Of a stretch of DNA of 64,000 bases, positions 62,101 to 64,000 are shown piece after piece. The DNA lies in NCBI RefSeq assembly GCF_009914755.1, contig NC_060926.1; one strand, written 5' to 3'. Within the stretch, counting starts at the first letter, position 1. Each line of letters begins with the position of its first letter. The notes beneath the pieces were generated by a model. That model had not been told where the DNA came from, searched no databases, and saw only the letters and a program-made list of their open reading frames with translations. The DNA is from the human T2T-CHM13v2.0 reference genome, Homo sapiens. The position numbers and the translations under genes were made by a program.

Positions 62101-64000
62101 TCTTCTCCACAGTGGATCATAATTTTTTCTTAGTTTTTCTAAGTAGCTTTCAGATTTATAATTTTAATAACTAATAATTCTTATTTTAAGGCTGACAATG
62201 TCTTCTACCTAATTTAAGACGAAGAGTCTTGTCTATTTATGTACAGTTAGAGAATAAATACAACTATAATATAGCTATGGATATTCATTGCTAAGACCAT
62301 ATTGAAATAATGGAGATTCTTGATTATATTACTATAACCAAGGCTAAGTCCTGAATTTGGCAGCTCAAGTACTTTAAAATGGCTTTTTTGTTGTGCTAAA
62401 TATTAAATTTAGACATAACTTTCTGGTGGATAGTAATCAGGTTAGATATATCTAGGATATAAGTGACTATCCATATTGTTAAATATAAGAAGGGAAAACA
62501 TGCCTAAACATGTTTGTGGTTCACCCATCACTAATCTCCTTAACACTGAGTCCTGAGACTCCAGTGAGTGCTTTGAGGAATGTTTTGAGCATCAGTAGGC
62601 CTTTGTACTTGACTCTTCAGCTAACTCTCTGGGTCGATGACAGCTGCTCTTGCAATTAGCCCTTCCCCTGACCTCATGGTCAACCACAATAGCCTTGGAG
62701 ATTTCAGGAAGGGAAACTATTGCTTTTTAGGTATCTGGACAAGACCTGCATTTGTGCAAATTAATAGGGGAACTGTTTTCTGTGCTTTATTCTCCTTCTT
62801 CTCTCTTGGTTACAAATTGTCCTCATTCATATGTGACAGGCACATCTGGTTACCTATTCTAATGGGTGCAGAAATGGATCTAACAGGAAGGGGAAGCCAT
62901 ATAATACTCCCCAGGAATGTTTAAAAGAGGATTCTTCAGGCTTTCATGGAAAACAGGAGTTTTAAGGGGACATCCTAGGTAAGTTATTATATAAAAAGGA
63001 GAATTTGCTTGCATGACTTGTCTCTCTTATTTCTCTCTTAGAAGGTAGAAATATGTAGAATAAGATGATACTAGGATGTGTCAAGAGTATAAAAACACAA
63101 CATATGAAGCAGTTAAAATCTTTAACAAGTTACCGTGATAGGTTTATAATGAGCTAAATTCCCTTCCTTTTCCTTATCATCATTGAATCCTCCCCTTTTA
63201 TGAAAGGGTTGTAGGCCTTGAATGACCACTCTCTTCAGGCCTGTGTCTGCTGAGTCCAGAAGGCAGACTGCAGCTCAGAATCTAGGTTGGAGTCATCTGG
63301 GAACGGGGTAAGTGACCCCATGTCAATAAGCCCAGCTCCCTTTCCCCTTCGTGCTTTCCTTTCATTTCAAACAGGTAGAGTTGTCTGTAATTTGTGAGAA
63401 ATAGAGTTGAACTGGAGAAGATCAGTCAATGAGCATGCCCACAGAAACTTGTTACATAAGAAACCTAAGAATCAAGAGAGGAATTGGAACAATGAGAAAA
63501 TAACTGCCAGGAAAGGAGGTGCTAACAGCAGAGTAGACTGAGATATGGTTCTGGGAGTAGCAGGAGAAAGTCAAAGGGGAGATTGAAAGTGGAGCTGGAG
63601 AATAAGCCAGTGGTGAGCTCTTAGTGGAAATGATGGAGGCAGTCAAAATGGTGAACACATACTAAGGCACAATTCCATAGTAAAGCATTTTTTTCTAAGC
63701 CTTTTCAAGCGATGGTGACATGTAAAAACTTGACCAAACACATCAAGGAGAAGAGGAATGACAAAACTAACTCTAGTCCCAACTATCCTTTAGTCTCAAA
63801 GGAAGTAAAAAAAAGGAACGATTGTTTTCCAGAATGCCTATGGAAACAACATTCCAGAAATGCTGTTCACTTTCCTCTTGATCAGACTACCAGAGTCTTC
63901 CATAATTAAGAGGGTTACACAACTAACTTCCCCAATTATATTTTGTGTATTATGACAATCCTGCCTAAGTTGCTTTAGAGGAAAAAATAGAAATATAAGT

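Overview
This is primate (most likely human) non-coding genomic DNA: AT-rich, CpG-depleted and dominated by interspersed repeats. I count 18 Alu copies (J, S and Y types). There is one 5'-truncated ~2.7 kb L1PA with a dead ORF2, old L1M/L2/MIR fragments, MaLR solo LTRs (THE1, MST, MLT1), ERV LTRs (MER41, MER21), a MADE1 mariner MITE, MER5 fragments, microsatellites and a ~740 bp polypyrimidine minisatellite. I see no protein-coding gene, RNA gene, CpG island or CRISPR; the ORF track is explained by Alu, L1, LTR and low-complexity artefacts. Family and subfamily calls come from recalled consensus sequences, not a database search, and boundaries of old elements are approximate. I found no convincing new biological system. 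The best second-look items are a MER41 LTR with a remodelled tandem STAT/GAS site, two AluY insertions sharing a triplicated target site, a close inverted AluY pair, a miR-548-type hairpin, a huge pyrimidine tract ending in a 3' splice-site-like CAG, and several motif-dense unique segments that may be enhancers.
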